Shown piece by piece: positions 42,636 to 56,130 of a stretch of DNA of 64,000 nucleotides. Source of the DNA: the human T2T-CHM13v2.0 reference genome, Homo sapiens. Location of the stretch: assembly GCF_009914755.1 (NCBI RefSeq), contig NC_060932.1; one strand, 5' to 3'. Under the pieces are notes generated by a model, which worked only from the letters and a program-made list of their open reading frames with translations, was not told the origin of the DNA and made no database searches. Position 1 is the first letter of the stretch. The number at the start of each line of letters is the position of its first letter. The translations under genes and the position numbers were made by a program.

Positions 42636-43039
42636 AGTAGTCTTCTAGCTTTCATTTCAGAGTTTGACTCACAGCACTTTAGAAATCATGTAATTTTTTC
42701 CCAGCAAGATCACTGGAGTGGATGCTTTGCTTTTAATATCACGCTTACTACAAGTTCTAGACGAATGCTAGAAAGGTTAAATTCCTTGATAAAGCCAGGG
42801 GAAGAAAAGACACTGTCTCAGAGACAAGATAAAAAGGTCCTACAAGAACAGCAAGAAGTTGTTCCCATGATTGATGACATTCTTGATTCTAACTCCTTGA
42901 TGAAGAGAAGGGAGGGAAGGCCAGGCTCTGGAAGAAGAGAGTGAGACAGAGTGACCCCAGGTATGCTTATTTTTAAAAGGAAAAATCACCCTGAAAGAAG
43001 CCATGTGCCTGCCACCACAAATGAACACATGCTTACTTG

Positions 43040-44200
43040 TAAATTTTTACTTCAGATCTTTTTAAAAAGAAATAAAACATTACAGAATTAAAATATCTCA
43101 TGTCCTCACACCAGTCCTGTTCCCCTCCCTCCCTCCCCAGAGCAACCCTATGATGGTTTCCATGTGTCCCAGTTCATGTCTTTATATTTTCACCACACAT
43201 GAATGTATTGATAAACAATATATAACATTTTTCCATGTTTTTAAATTTGTTTCAAAAAATGTATCATCCTATACATAATATTCTGCAACTTGCTTTTATT
43301 GCTCAAAATTGTGTATTCTAGATCTAGCTATATTGATATATGTAGATTGGCTCCATGCCTTCTAGTTGCTGTACAGTAATTCATCATACAGACTTATTTG
43401 TTTTACTCATATCCTCAATTGTGGGCATTTTGTGGTTTCCATTTTTTTTTTGTTTCTATAAGCAGTATTTATAAAACATGTACAGGAATTTCCCTAAGAT
43501 ATAACCTAGAAGAGGAGAGTTCAGTCATGGGTACAAGTGTTTGCAATTTTATTAGATGTTACCAAAATTGTTCTCTAAAATGGTTTTTCCTACCTGCTGA
43601 ATTCCTGTTTCCCTATATTTTCACCAATACTTTGTATTGTTGTGATTTTCTGTTTTTACCAAGCTAATAATGTGCAATTGAATTTCCTTGTTTAAACCAA
43701 ATACTCTCACTTACTGTTGAGGCCCAGACATCTTTTCATAGGTATATTGGACATTCAGGGTTCTTCTGTGAATTGTTGGCTTATAGTCTTCATTTTTCTA
43801 TTGGAATCTTTGTCCTTTAAAATAATGACTTAAAGAAATTCTTTATATTTTTTGAATATTAATCCTTTTTAATTTGTTTTTTACTTTTCCAGAAGTTTAT
43901 AATTTTAACATTTTCCTTTATGATTTCTGACATTACTGTCTTATCTCCATACCATAAAAACATTCTCTTGAGCATTTAGGTCCTTAAGCCATCTGAAGTT
44001 TATTTTTAATTGTGGTGTGAGGTAGGGATCTAATGTTTTTGTTTTTGTTTTCCACATAGGAAGCCAACATACTTATTGAATGGTTCAGTTTGTCCACTAA
44101 TTTATAACGCCTCCTTTATCATAAACTAAGCTCCATTTTATGGTGGATCTATTTCTGAGCTTTCCATTCTGTTTTACTGATCTATCTGTCTATTCCTGCT
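43040..44200 (-). mobile_element. L1ME-type 3' fragment
   Basis: T-rich antisense L1 (atcatcctatacataatattctgcaacttgctttt; gtggtgtgaggtagggatctaa; gtggatctatttctgagctttccattctgtt). Confidence 0.75.
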
Positions 44201-44344
44201 CCACCCACCCCCACCTGGCTTCAGCTGAGACTGTCACATAAAACCCATGGCTTTCTATCCTGACTCCCATGTCCAACATCAGCCTCCCCAGTTTTGCCCC
44301 ACACACGTCTACTAGACCTATCTTTCCAAGAGTCATCATTGCCT

Positions 44345-44540
44345 AATTTATTGCATGCCCACTGTATGCTAGGCAGCATGCCAACTACACATGCATTATT
44401 CATTTGTTTGTCACTGCCCTGTAAGTCAATGCCTATTTTGCCAATCCAGACATCAAGGCTCAGAAATTGAGTAACTTTCCCATGTCACACAGTTAGTAAA
44501 AGACAAAGTAGAGACTGGAACTCAGGTCTGTCTCCAAAGT
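44345..44540 (-). mobile_element. MIR
   Basis: tttattgcatgcccactgtatgctaggcagc...aggctcagaaattgagtaactttcccatgtcacacagttagtaa...ctggaactcaggtctgtctccaaag. Confidence 0.7.
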
Positions 44541-44589
44541 GTTGGTGGCTCTCCAGTTTCATTTTCCAGCATTCTCTACCTCTACAATC

Positions 44590-44712
44590 TGTCCATCTGT
44601 AAAATGGGGATATTCATCCCTCCCTCTCAGGGTTGTTATAAGAATTGTGTGAGATTAGATATGTGAAAGCACTTAGCACAATGCCTAGCCCATAGTAAGT
44701 ATTCAATAATCA
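44590..44712 (+). mobile_element. MIR 3' part
   Basis: catctgtaaaatggggata...tcagggttgttataagaatt...tgtgaaagcacttagcacaatgcctagcccatagtaagtattcaataa. Confidence 0.8.
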
Positions 44713-47203
44713 TCAGCCAAATTTGAATAAGAAGCAGGCAGCAGTTGCTAAAAGTTTTCTTAAAAAGTCAAACCTTACCCCAGCCCATTTATCCTGGCTT
44801 TAGAATCCCAGCAGGAGATGAGTGAGTCAGTGGGGGTGAGTGCCTAGGGATAGAAATAATCTTTGGATCGCTCCCCCTTCCACTCTTCTTCTGGTTAGAG
44901 GCTCCCAAGAGCAACAGGAAGGCCAGAATATGGGAAGCTGATGAGGATAGGAAACCCTTAGAAATCATACTGAGTCCCTGCTGAACCTCAGAGGCTGCAG
45001 GCCAACTGCTGTTCTGAAGTTCTGGACTTGCACAGCAAGCCTGTCTACTGAATGGCCATCACGACCCAGATTTCACATCTCCAGGTACCTGGGGCTGGAG
45101 CGGGGTTTCTTCCTCCCTGTTTGGGCTGCCTGGACTAAGGCTATAGCCAGAGTCTCCTTCTCTTTAGTGACTGCCATGTCAACAAGGCAACTGTAGACCT
45201 CCCTCAGAGGAGGCAGGTGAAAGAAGACAGCCTTTCGGGGCAACTCTCTGGCTAATGGGAAGCACATTGATGAAGGAAGCCGACTGACTTGAAAAATCCA
45301 GCACCAGCATGCAGGCTGCCTTTAAGGCTGGAGGATTATGGCCACTTGCAATTTTCTTGCTAATTAAAGTTTTCATAGGAAAAGCAAACACATATCTACA
45401 CATGTATGTATGAACTTGCACGCTGATTGTATTTCAGAAGCAGTGGGCTGAATGCTTTGGTTGCTGGCTTTCTTTGACTCCACCACTCACATCTGCGCTG
45501 TGTCATTGACAGCTCTGGCCATGGCCCCAGGGCACTCTGCAGGGGTCAGAATAAACAGAGAAAAACAGCAGTGGGGAGGACAGCACACTCTCTCCCTTGT
45601 TTGACTTGGAACTCCTGCCTGAGTCTTGCAAGAAGCAATATGTTGAATTTTAAAAGAGGTGAAAACTACGTCAGTTACTGAGAGAGAAATCTGAAAGAGC
45701 TATAGCGTATCTTCCTTTGCTGGGATCTGGCCTGGGGTATGGAGGCAGGTGCTCACTGCCACGGGAGTCCTCTGGAAACTGACTTACTTGGAAAGGGCAG
45801 GACTTCTCGCTGAAACAGTCTCTGCAGTTTCTCAAAAGTGGGTGGGGATCCTGGGCCCCCATAACATGTCTACATGGTTAAGAAGAATGAGACATCCAAC
45901 CAGCATTTAGGATTGCAGAGATTTGAAGGAGAAGCAGTTCATTATAGGATCATAAAGGGGCCCCCGTTCCTTGACATGCTAACATGGGAGCACACAGGTT
46001 CCCACACAAACCCCTAACACATGGCAGGTGACTTGCATATGCACCCACACCTCCATGGACATGTCCAGGGTTAGGTTAGGTCAAATCTAGGGAATGGCAG
46101 CTGCAACCAAACCTATGTCTCCTGCATTCACAAAAGCGTGTCAGAATGAAGGTAAGTTCCAGTAATGTAACAGCAAAGGAACTCACAATTATCATGCTTG
46201 ATTGTTTGTCACAGATGAACTGTGATGGTGCCATCACATCTGATGGTGCCATCTTGGAGGCAGCAGACCTGATTTCCAGCCCTGGTCCTGGCTGTAACTT
46301 GGTGACCTTACGTAGGCCTTCTCGGAACATTGAGCTCTTCATCTGTGAAAGAGTGAGGTTGGGGCTGATGGCCTCAAGGGCACTGGCATAACTAACATTC
46401 TCTAGGTCAAGCTCCTATTGTACTTTGCATCACTGGACATGTCTGAGATCCCTGGAAATGAGGATGTACCAGAATTTCCAACTCTCTCGCTATTCCTGCT
46501 GGGTCCTGCAACCCTTCTCCAGTGGAAGTTTTCTGCTCCCTTGATTGCCAAATATCCTCTTAATCTCCATCCCTTCCCCCTAATATTCTGTCCTCAGGAA
46601 AGGATGTGATAATTGTGTGCCCACTAAGTATCAATTACTAAAGCAGGAGGAAGAATTACCTTTTAACAGAATGAAGCTTTGAACCAAAGGAGTGAAGCCC
46701 TAATTGCATAATTGCAGCTGGTGAGTTGAAGGGGAAGGTATTTGGGAGTTAGGACCCTAATTACATAGATGCCTATCCTATTGCTGAAGCCTAAAACGCC
46801 ACCATTAGCAACTAAGTTCTTTTACTATTAAGGATCTTCTCCCCACAAAAGCAATGTATTAAGATTCAGCAGTCATTTAAGGCCTTGGTAGGAGGGAGTT
46901 TTTTGGATCTTTTTTTGTGTATTTTTAATACGGGGGTTCAGGGGAGGTGAGTGTGAAGGCTGGGCAGAAGGCTAGGTGGTTTAGCAGCTGGAGGATGTAA
47001 GATGAATGTCCTGAAGGGGAAAAAAACAAAGGGCAGGCCTGGGATTCCAGAAAATAAGTTTCATGTGCCCTACAATTGTGATGAGGGTCTGCCTTGCACT
47101 GGGAGCTCCCTTGCAGGGAGGAGGAGGGGCCCAATAAAGAAATCAGAAGGAATTCTAGACATGTTAGAGCAGTGCAGGCCTCAGTGATAAAACAAGAGGC
47201 TCT

Positions 47204-47500
47204 GTTGAGTCACTCCATGGAGACGGGAAGTACCCCCACCCAAAATTTTGTTCAAATGTTAAGACTGATGACACCACCCATGCACCAAGAGGGTATTAAA
47301 AAGGTTTATTGCTCAAGTAATGAGGTTTTCTAGGGAGAGCAGGGCAAGCTCCCAAGCACATCTGAAATGTGGCTTGGGCTTTCATGGTGCCTATGGTGTG
47401 GGGATGGGGTGAGGGTTCCTGCGTGTGGGCAAAGGTTTATGTGTTGTGTGGCTTCAATTCCTGCTAGTGCTAAAGGAAGGTGAGCCCAGGCATTCTCACC
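47204..47500 (-). mobile_element. MER74/MER54-like ERVL LTR fragment
   Basis: aagactgatgacaccacc...caccaagagggtattaaaaaggtttattgctca..taatgaggttttctagggagagcagggcaagctcccaagc matches my recalled consensus; subfamily uncertain. Confidence 0.55.
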
Positions 47501-47824
47501 CACCTGCACAGATATGGGGCAGAAGGGGTGGGATGGATGGGGCCTCACAGTCACACATCAAAAATGGGATTTTGATTTTTTTTTTTTTTTTTTTTACAAG
47601 CTGGGAAGCAGCAACAGATCCAGTTTGTCTCTAAGGCCCATCAAGCCTCTCCCTAACACCAGTAGCCCCCGGGAACCCTGGGCCTCCCAGGTCTTTAATG
47701 TTTGTTGGGTGGGGGCTGAAGTGACTTCAGCATTCTCAGGCCAGTGGACCAGGAACTTTCATTCTTTTAGGAACTAGAGAGGCCTGTTAAAAATATATCC
47801 TAACTCCACAGACCCCCTGACCTC

Positions 47825-47828
<4 letters not shown>

Positions 47829-47870
<42 letters not shown>
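47829..47870. repeat. (GT)21 microsatellite
   Basis: Perfect GT run. Confidence 0.97.
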
Positions 47871-47872
<2 letters not shown>

Positions 47873-48289
47873 CCTTAGAGAACACTGGCTTTAACACTGA
47901 TCCCAAGCTTCAGAGTCTTGCATAATGAAATGACTGGGCATCTTAATCAGAACAGACTCATCTTATGCCTGAAAAGCCGAAATATGCTAGAGAGGACTGG
48001 GTGGTAGCTCCATAGGTAAGGACCATCATCTCCCAGCTACTCAGCAAGTGCACATAAACCCAAGGATGAGTAGGACTAAAACCAAGAAGACACAGTGGGG
48101 TGTCAGCACAAATGTGTGCCAGCCTTCTGAGCTGGACTCAGGGGCCCACATCATCCAGGAATGCTGACATTACCTCTCTTGTTCTTGGAACCAGCTTCCC
48201 TTTGCATAAGGTTCAGAGCCAGATAAAATGTAAGCTTGTCTACTTAGAGTCACAGTTTTGAAATTGTAAATGGTATCAAGGAGATGAGG

Positions 48290-48470
48290 TCTTGGGATCC
48301 AAACAAGTCAGGTTAAATCCCATCTGGATGATCTTTGGTTGTTTTCTTTACACCCGAGTCTCAGTTTCCTCACCTGAAAAATGCAGATGCTAGGACCATA
48401 CAAAATATTGTAAAATGTAGGGGTATTATATGTGAAAGACTTTGCCTAGAGTAGGCACTTAACACTTACA
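48290..48470 (+). mobile_element. MIR
   Basis: gagtctcagtttcctcacctgaaaaatg core. Confidence 0.6.
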
Positions 48471-48779
48471 CTATATTTTAGGAAAGAGATTGGGAGCTCT
48501 GGTAAGATCTCAGACCACTGGACCCAAAATGTTCTTAGGATGTTGAAGGTCCCAGAGGAGCACCCAGGACAGAAAAGAAACAAAACTTACTACATTGTTA
48601 CATGGTTGTTTGTGCCTGCAGGACAAGACTTGATCTTGTTATTCATTGCATCCCCAGGGCCCAGCATAAAGCCACTTGTGTAGTAGGTGCTCAATAAACA
48701 TTTGCCAAACTGGTGAAGTGGTAACTGGTTTATCCATCCCTCTGATCCCATCCAGTAAGGACGAGAAAGAGAAATTAAC

Positions 48780-48970
48780 ACATATCAAATACTTGCTATG
48801 TGTACTTCCCTGTACATAACATAATTTCACTCTCACAACACTGAGTTAAGTATTTATGGTCCCATTTTAACAGATGAGGAAAACCGAGGCTCCAAGAGCT
48901 TTGAAATAATACTCCTAAGGTTAACTAGCTAGTGAGTGCTGGAGCAGGGCTTTCATTCGAAAGCACATGT
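48780..48970 (-). mobile_element. MIR
   Basis: cccattttaacagatgaggaaaaccgaggctc...cctaaggttaactagctagtgagtg. Confidence 0.7.
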
Positions 48971-49328
48971 TCTTTGTAGGCTGCTGGATCGCAAGTGCAG
49001 TAGGAGAAAGCACAAGGGCGGTACATCAGAGGGGAGCCAGCAGCAGGAATGTCACTCTGATATTTTCTTCTTCAAACATTCAACTCTCCTCAACCAAAAC
49101 ACTTCCCAGATGCTTCCAGGACCTGGCAAGTCTTCAGTCACAAAGCTAGGGATAGTCCCCACACCTGCAGGAGAACAGAACTTTAGAGGCTGACCCCTCA
49201 AGATTATGCTTTTTAACTTGTCTAAGGGCCACTGCTGGAACCTTCGTCTCAGTTGCATTGAGGGCTCTAGGGCCACATGAGACAGTACTTTTACCCTATA
49301 CCAAGTCCTAGGACATAGGACATGGTGG

Positions 49329-49805
49329 TGTTATGGCTTGAATTGTCTCTCCCCAAATTGCGTGTTGAAGTCTGAACCCCTAGTACCAGTGGAAAGTGAC
49401 CTTATTTGGAAATATGGTCTTTGCAGATCTAATCAAGTTAAGATAAAGTCATACTGAGTGGGATCAGGGGGAGGGGGGTCCTTAAACCGAATATGACTAG
49501 TGCCCTTTTAAGATGAGGGAAATGTGGACACAGACACCCACACAGGGAGAACACCATGTGAAGACAGAGGCAGAGGTTGGAGTAATGCAGTTGCAAGGCA
49601 TGGAATATGAAGGATTGCCAGCTGCCATCAGAAGCTAGGCAAAGGCAAGGAAAGAGTCTCAGACTCTGGGTCTTAGAGGGAACATGGCTTGCTGACACCT
49701 TCATTTCAGACTTTTAGCCTCCAGAACTGTGGGAGAATCCATTTCTGTTGCTTTAAGCCACTCAGTTTGCAGTACTTTGTTAAGGAACCCTGGGAAACTA
49801 ATGCA
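49329..49805 (+). mobile_element. MLT1B/C MaLR solo LTR
   Basis: TGTTATGG..tgaattgt start; gtgaccttatttggaaat..ggtctttgcagat; gcctccagaactgtgggagaat..atttctgttgctttaagccac; ends ggaaactaatgCA. Confidence 0.9.
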
Positions 49806-50244
49806 GAGGGCTCTTCAGGGCAGCCTCCAAGTTCCAGAGCCTTATGCCTCAGCCATCAGCTGGGGAGGCCCGCAGACTCCAACAGCCAGGACGCCACAGC
49901 TCCCCGGCCCCTCCACCCACTCCTGTGAGACGACGCAGACTTCAGCTCCAAACCCAGCTCTGCCCAGTGGGGTTTTTTGTTGTTATTTTTCCTAGGCTTT
50001 TCTACCTGAACACCCAGTGGTTTTTTGTTGTTTTTTTCCCCTTAACTCTTGGCTCTGAACATCCTTCACTGACGTGAGAGATAATACAAACAGCTTTCTG
50101 TTAACATAAGCACCAACATCCTCGCTACTATTTATCCACTTCCACACTGTAGGCAGAGGGTCCAGAACATTGGCTCCGCTTCAGTCTGGGGAACAGAGGC
50201 TCTGGAGACTTTGTGCTGTGCACCAGGAGGAGGCAGAGCAGGAT

Positions 50245-50440
50245 AATGAGAAGAGCATGGGTTGTGAACTCTAACAATTCACAGTCTAGCGCTGCTCCCT
50301 TCCAGCTGCGTGGCTTTGGGAAAGCGCTTGGTCTCTAAGCCTGGTGTCCTCATTTACAATGTGAGAAAAATAACACCATGCCCTGAGGTTATGATGAGAA
50401 TTGAATGAGATAATGTGCATGAAGTAACTGATAAATATTA
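50245..50440 (+). mobile_element. MIR
   Basis: ctctaagcctggtgtcctcatttacaatg...gaggttatgatgagaattgaatgagataatgtgcatgaag. Confidence 0.6.
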
Positions 50441-50944
50441 TCAGTCTTACTCTGGTCATAATGGTTGCTATTATTTCTTCTTTATAATTAACTTCCCTGA
50501 AATGGAATTTCACCATGAATTAAAGCACCGTAGAAGGGGAAAGACAGAGAGAGTCAGATGAGGGGAAGGAAATTCGTTGGGTCTGCCCAGCCTATATTGT
50601 GATTATTTGAGAACAGCCCCTCCCACCAGAGTTGGTGCTCCATAAATGGTAGTTATTATTCTTGCTTTTTTTGTGATTGCTGTTTATGAGTTTCTGTTTC
50701 TGAGCCATATCAGTGCCCTTAACATCTCCTTCTGTGTCCGAGCCAGATGATTGGATCTTTTCCCCAATCTCTACCCTCCTGTAACAGGATTCTAGATCCA
50801 CATTCTTTTCCATGTAAAGTGCATTTCCTCCCACCGTGGGCAGAGTGTGCTTTCTACATGACTTGGTTTGGCCAATGAAATGTCATCAGTCATGACATTT
50901 ACTTATGGTCTGGCTTATTCTCTTACATTCCTGATAATGTCTAT

Positions 50945-51410
50945 TGAACATGTGTGTGCTGGGCATTGAGCTAAATGTTCTTACTGGATCATCACAACTG
51001 TGTAAGGCAGGTACTATTTTCATGCCAGTTTTTAGATTAAAAACTGAGGCCTAGAGAGATAATTAACTTGCCCCAAGTCACACTGTAATGGACCCAGGAC
51101 TGAACCCAGGCAGTCAGCTTGCCTGACCATGTCGCTTCACCATGCTGCCTCACCGCTGGAGGAAGGTGGTAGAAATTCCTTCTGCCCAAAGACACAAAAG
51201 GTAATATCTGCTTCTTTTCTTTCCTTTTTTTTGTGAATGTCTTATATAACTTATCCTGTCATCCTTATGACCACACAGGAGTTTTATAGATGAGGAAACA
51301 GGATCAGAAAACCTAAGTGGCTTGCCGAAGTCACACAACTAGTAAGTAGCAGAGATGGGATTTGATCTCAGATTTTGAATATTGGACTCCAAAACCTATA
51401 TTCTTTCCAT
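50945..51410 (-). mobile_element. Two adjacent MIR fragments
   Basis: aaaactgaggcctagagagataattaacttgccccaagtcacac (~51040-51085) and gatgaggaaacaggatcagaaa..aagtggcttgccgaagtcacacaactagtaagtagcagag (~51290-51356). Confidence 0.7.
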
Positions 51411-52194
51411 CTTTCCACCATACCACACTGTCTCCTCCCATTGCATATTGCTCATTTATGGAGGCCTCTGTTTTTCTAGATCTGAAATGGAATGATCAGT
51501 CTAGAATCTAAAATCTAGATACCCACCCACAATGGAGAAGTGTGAAAACAGTAGCATTCTTGTCGAGGCTTGATCAAGAGTTTATGTGAAGCAAACGTTT
51601 GTATTATATTTCAGAAGCGTGATGAAGGGAACGTTTTACAGGTTTTAGAAAGTGCAGAAGGTTGAGGATCAGTGAAGATCAAGCACTGGAATGAAAAAGC
51701 ATCCTGGGAGAAGCATGGCAGAGATGCAGGCTGTCTGGTCTGAACAACTGAGGGGTGGGTACAGGTGAGCTAAGCTGATCTGGCCATGGAAAGAGGCCGT
51801 CTGTCTAAGCCAACAGTCCAGGTACCAACCACTCATATCTGGTGGCTTTACAGAATGGACAGCCAAGGCCCAGGCATTAGATAGAGTGCCCGAGTTCCCT
51901 TCCAACCCATTTATTCTACAAACATTCACCAGATAAGCCAGGCAGTCTGAAACATTAGTTCAAATGTGAACACTGATTTCTGGCAGTAGCTTAGCCCTGC
52001 ACATGGCAGTGGACTATGTGCACTGTGTACCTGGCTAAACACTTTAGTAAATAGATCCTTCCTGCCTTTGGGTGCAGTCAGTCCTGGAGAGCAAATGCTT
52101 CTTCCTCAGGAATTTTGCATGCAGTGTGTGAAAAACATCAGCTAAAACAGATCCAAGGCTGCAACTAAACCCTCTCCTAGAATTTAGCTCTCTA

Positions 52195-52782
<588 letters not shown>

Positions 52783-52794
52783 CCTATTATACTT

Positions 52795-52918
52795 AGCTAG
52801 TGCAATAAGACAAGAAAAAGAAATGGAAGGCATACAGGTTGGAAAGGAATAGATAAAACTCTCTGTCTTCAGAGATGGCATGAATATCTACCTAGAAAAT
52901 TCCAAATAATTTAAAAAC
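52795..52918 (+). mobile_element. L1 ORF2 (RT region) fragment
   Basis: gcaataagacaagaaaaagaaatggaaggcatacaggttggaaaggaatagataaaactctctgtcttcagagatggcatga is the AIRQEKE..GIQ.GKE..KLS.FxDxM motif, degenerate. Confidence 0.75.
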
Positions 52919-52949
52919 TGATCCTTTCTTGGAGACCCTTTTGTAGAGT

Positions 52950-54140
52950 AGAATTTTAACATACAGATTCATTTAATACTACTATAATCAAGATACTGAA
53001 CTGTTTCATCACCTGTAAAAGCCCTGCTGTGCCCTTCCTTTATAGTCACTGCTTCCCCAGGCCTTAATCCCTGGAAACCACTGATCTATTCTCCATTCTA
53101 ATAATTTTGTCTTTTCAAGAATGTCATGTCAATGGATTCATGTACTATGTACCCTTTTGCAACTTTTTTTTTTTACTCAACATAGTATCTTTGCATTCAC
53201 CCAAGTTGTTGCATGTACCAAAAGCCCATTCCTTTTCATTACTGAAAACTCTTCCATTGTATGGATTATAGATGCAACACAGATGTCCTTCTTTCATCTA
53301 CTGGAGGACATTTGGTTTGTTTTCAGGTTGGGACAATTATAAATAAAGGTACTTATTATATGATATTATAAATATTCATGTATAGGTTTTTGTGTATGCA
53401 TACATTTTTATTTCTCTGGAGTAGATACACAGGGGTGGGGTTATTGGGATGTAAGTATATGTTTAACTTCATGAAAAACTGTGAAACAACTTTTCACTGG
53501 GGCTATCCCATTTTGCATTCCCACCAGCAATGTATGAGCATTTTAGTTGTTCCATATCCTTGTCAGCACTTGGTGCTATCAGTATATATTTCTAGAGACA
53601 TTCTAACAGGGGTTGTAGTGGTATCTTGTAGTGGTTTTAATTTGTATTTCCCTAATGGCTAATTTTATCAAGCATCTTTACATGTGTGTATTTGTCATTT
53701 TTATTTCCACTTTGGTGAAATGTCTGTTAATGTCTTTTGCCCATTTTAAAACTGGGTTGTTTGCTGTCTTACTGTTGAGTTTTGAGAATTCCTTCTATAT
53801 TCTGGATACAAGTCCTTTGTCAGATGCGTGATTTGCAAATATTTTCTCCTAGTCTGTAGTTTGGCTTTTCGTTCTCTTAGCTGTGTCTGTCTAAGAGCAC
53901 AAGTTTTCAATTTTGATGAAGTCCAACTCATCATTTATAAAAAAGATTATATTTTAATACCATGTCTAAGGGCTCATTGCCAAACCCAAGGTCGCATAGA
54001 TTTTTTCCTATGTTTCCTTCTCAAAATTTTTTAGTTTATGCATTGCATTTAGATTTATGTTCTGAGTTAATTTTTGCTTAAGGGCTGATGTTTAGATGGA
54101 GATTCAGCTTTTGCATATAGATATCCAATTGTTCCATCTA
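52950..54140 (-). mobile_element. L1M (MD/ME-type) 3' fragment
   Basis: cctggaaaccactgatctattctcc; ccattttgcattcccaccagcaatgtatgag; tatattctggatacaagtcctttgtcagatgcgtgatttgcaaatattttctcc. Confidence 0.85.
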
Positions 54141-55889
54141 CTCTAAAGGGAAGAGAATGTACGTTACTTAACTTCCCTCCCAGTACAAAGATATTTAGAG
54201 TTCAATGGAAAACATATGTTTATAACTTAAGAGTGAAATATCTCTTAAAAAATATCCAACATCCAATTGCTTGCAATTAACTTGGGTGAGAGTGTATGAT
54301 TTGTGAGGAATAGATGTAACCGGTAGCCAGGAACCTGGGTTAAATGTCTCATAACACCATGTTTTATAACATATGACTCAATGATCTTCAACCTATTTTG
54401 CTTGTTGATTCCTTAACTTTGAAAAATAAACTTTTACCATTGACATCTTTTCCTTCTTTCTCTTGCCAGTCTCACCACACTGGGCTCTTTGGTGTTCCTT
54501 GAACATGCTGGGCACGTTCCTTCCCTCTTTCAGGGCCTTGCATTACCTGGAAGACTCTTCTTCCAGATATCTGCTAATGCTGTCATTTTAGACATCAACT
54601 TCTCAGTGAGGCCTAGCCTAGCCATGTTAATGAACACAGCAATCAATTCCCCTTAACCTTATCTACCTTCCCTCCCAGCAACTCTCATCCAATAAGGTGA
54701 TATGATACTCACCAGCACCCATTTAAAAAATGCATCAACATTGCTATTTGTTAGGAGTCAGAATCTTATATTAATTCATTTTCCCCTTGATTTTATATTT
54801 GAATTTCACTTCTTCGGCAGAATTTAAATTTTATGTAATTTATTTTATGCATGGAAGTTTTTATATTAACTCTGTAATATTTATTTGCAGCCAAATAGAA
54901 ATTTCAATACATTATTTTTAGGAACCATAAAGTTCCAAATGTTAAACATTTTCTTCTGAATTGAATTATTGAATTATTATTATAATATTAATAGTAAATG
55001 TCTAATTAAAGACAAATATATTATAAATTTTCATAATAATTATACTAAAAACATTCATTGAAAATATAAGAAAAAAAAACCTCATGCACAACTTCTGTGT
55101 CCTGTTAAACCATCCAGCACTGTGAGCACTGGAAAAAGTAATTTGGGGCACTTCCCTCTTATGGGCCAATAGGTTTAAAGGCCCACACCCAACTCTGCCA
55201 TCCTGAGAGCTGCTTCTTGCTTTCTCAGGCTGGGGCAGTTCCAGCCTCTTGGTGGTAATCAGCAGGGACATGGACAAGGTGTGAGTCTCAGGGACTTCCA
55301 GCCTCAGCCACTCCCCTGTAGTCGAGGCTTTGCAGAATGTGGATACTGCAGGCCTCAGGGAGGGAAACGTGTTTCTTTAGCAGCTAGTAAGGTTGAAGCT
55401 CCACTGCTCTCTCCTGCCTCTTGTGGGGAAGCCGTGAATGCAGGGACATAAGAGTAGAGGCTCTGCCCCCACCTGCCAGGTGCCCAGTTGACTTCAAGAG
55501 GTGTCTCCAGCAGTGCCACATACAGTCATATCTCCTTCAGATCCAGAGGAGAGAGGAGGAAAAGAAGCAAGTCAGCTTCAGAGAGAACACGGGTTTAAGA
55601 ATGAGTTGTGTTTCACTGAACTCATTTAGGAAACAATGGATTTAGATGGCAAGAGGTTACGGGGGAACCGAGGAACTGACCCCACAGCCCCATTCACATC
55701 CAGCTAAGACATCACCCTGAGGTCTGTTCCTTTGCAAGCATCCACCTTTCTCTACAGTCAAGAGCTGAACAAAGACCTCCAGCACTTGGCTTCTTGAAGA
55801 GTTACTTTGTCACCTTTTTAAATGCCTCAGAACACTCTACTTGCCTCTCTTTCTACTAGCTTTATCCTATACGTTTCAGGATCAATGTC

Positions 55890-56130
55890 ATTCGGTGGTT
55901 AAGACTTAGGTCTCAGAGTCACACAGATCTGGGCTTATACTGTAACTGTGCTGCTTACTGTCTGTGTGACTTGGGCAAATTATTTACATTTCCTAAGCTT
56001 TGATTTCCTCATCTCTAGGATGGATAAAAGAATAGTATTTGGATTGTGAGTATATGAGGAATGTGTGCAAAGCACTTAACATACTGCCTGATACACAGTG
56101 TGAATACGTGTGAATAAATGATAGCTGTTT
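55890..56130 (+). mobile_element. MIR
   Basis: gtggttaagac...ctgtgtgacttgggcaaattatttac...ttcctcatct...aaagcacttaacatactgcctgatacacagtg. Confidence 0.75.

Noticed and set aside
52795-54140. Opposed L1 fragments as a twin-priming inversion
   Set aside because: The sense piece lies beyond the 3' end of the antisense L1 rather than at its 5' end, so they are more likely independent insertions.
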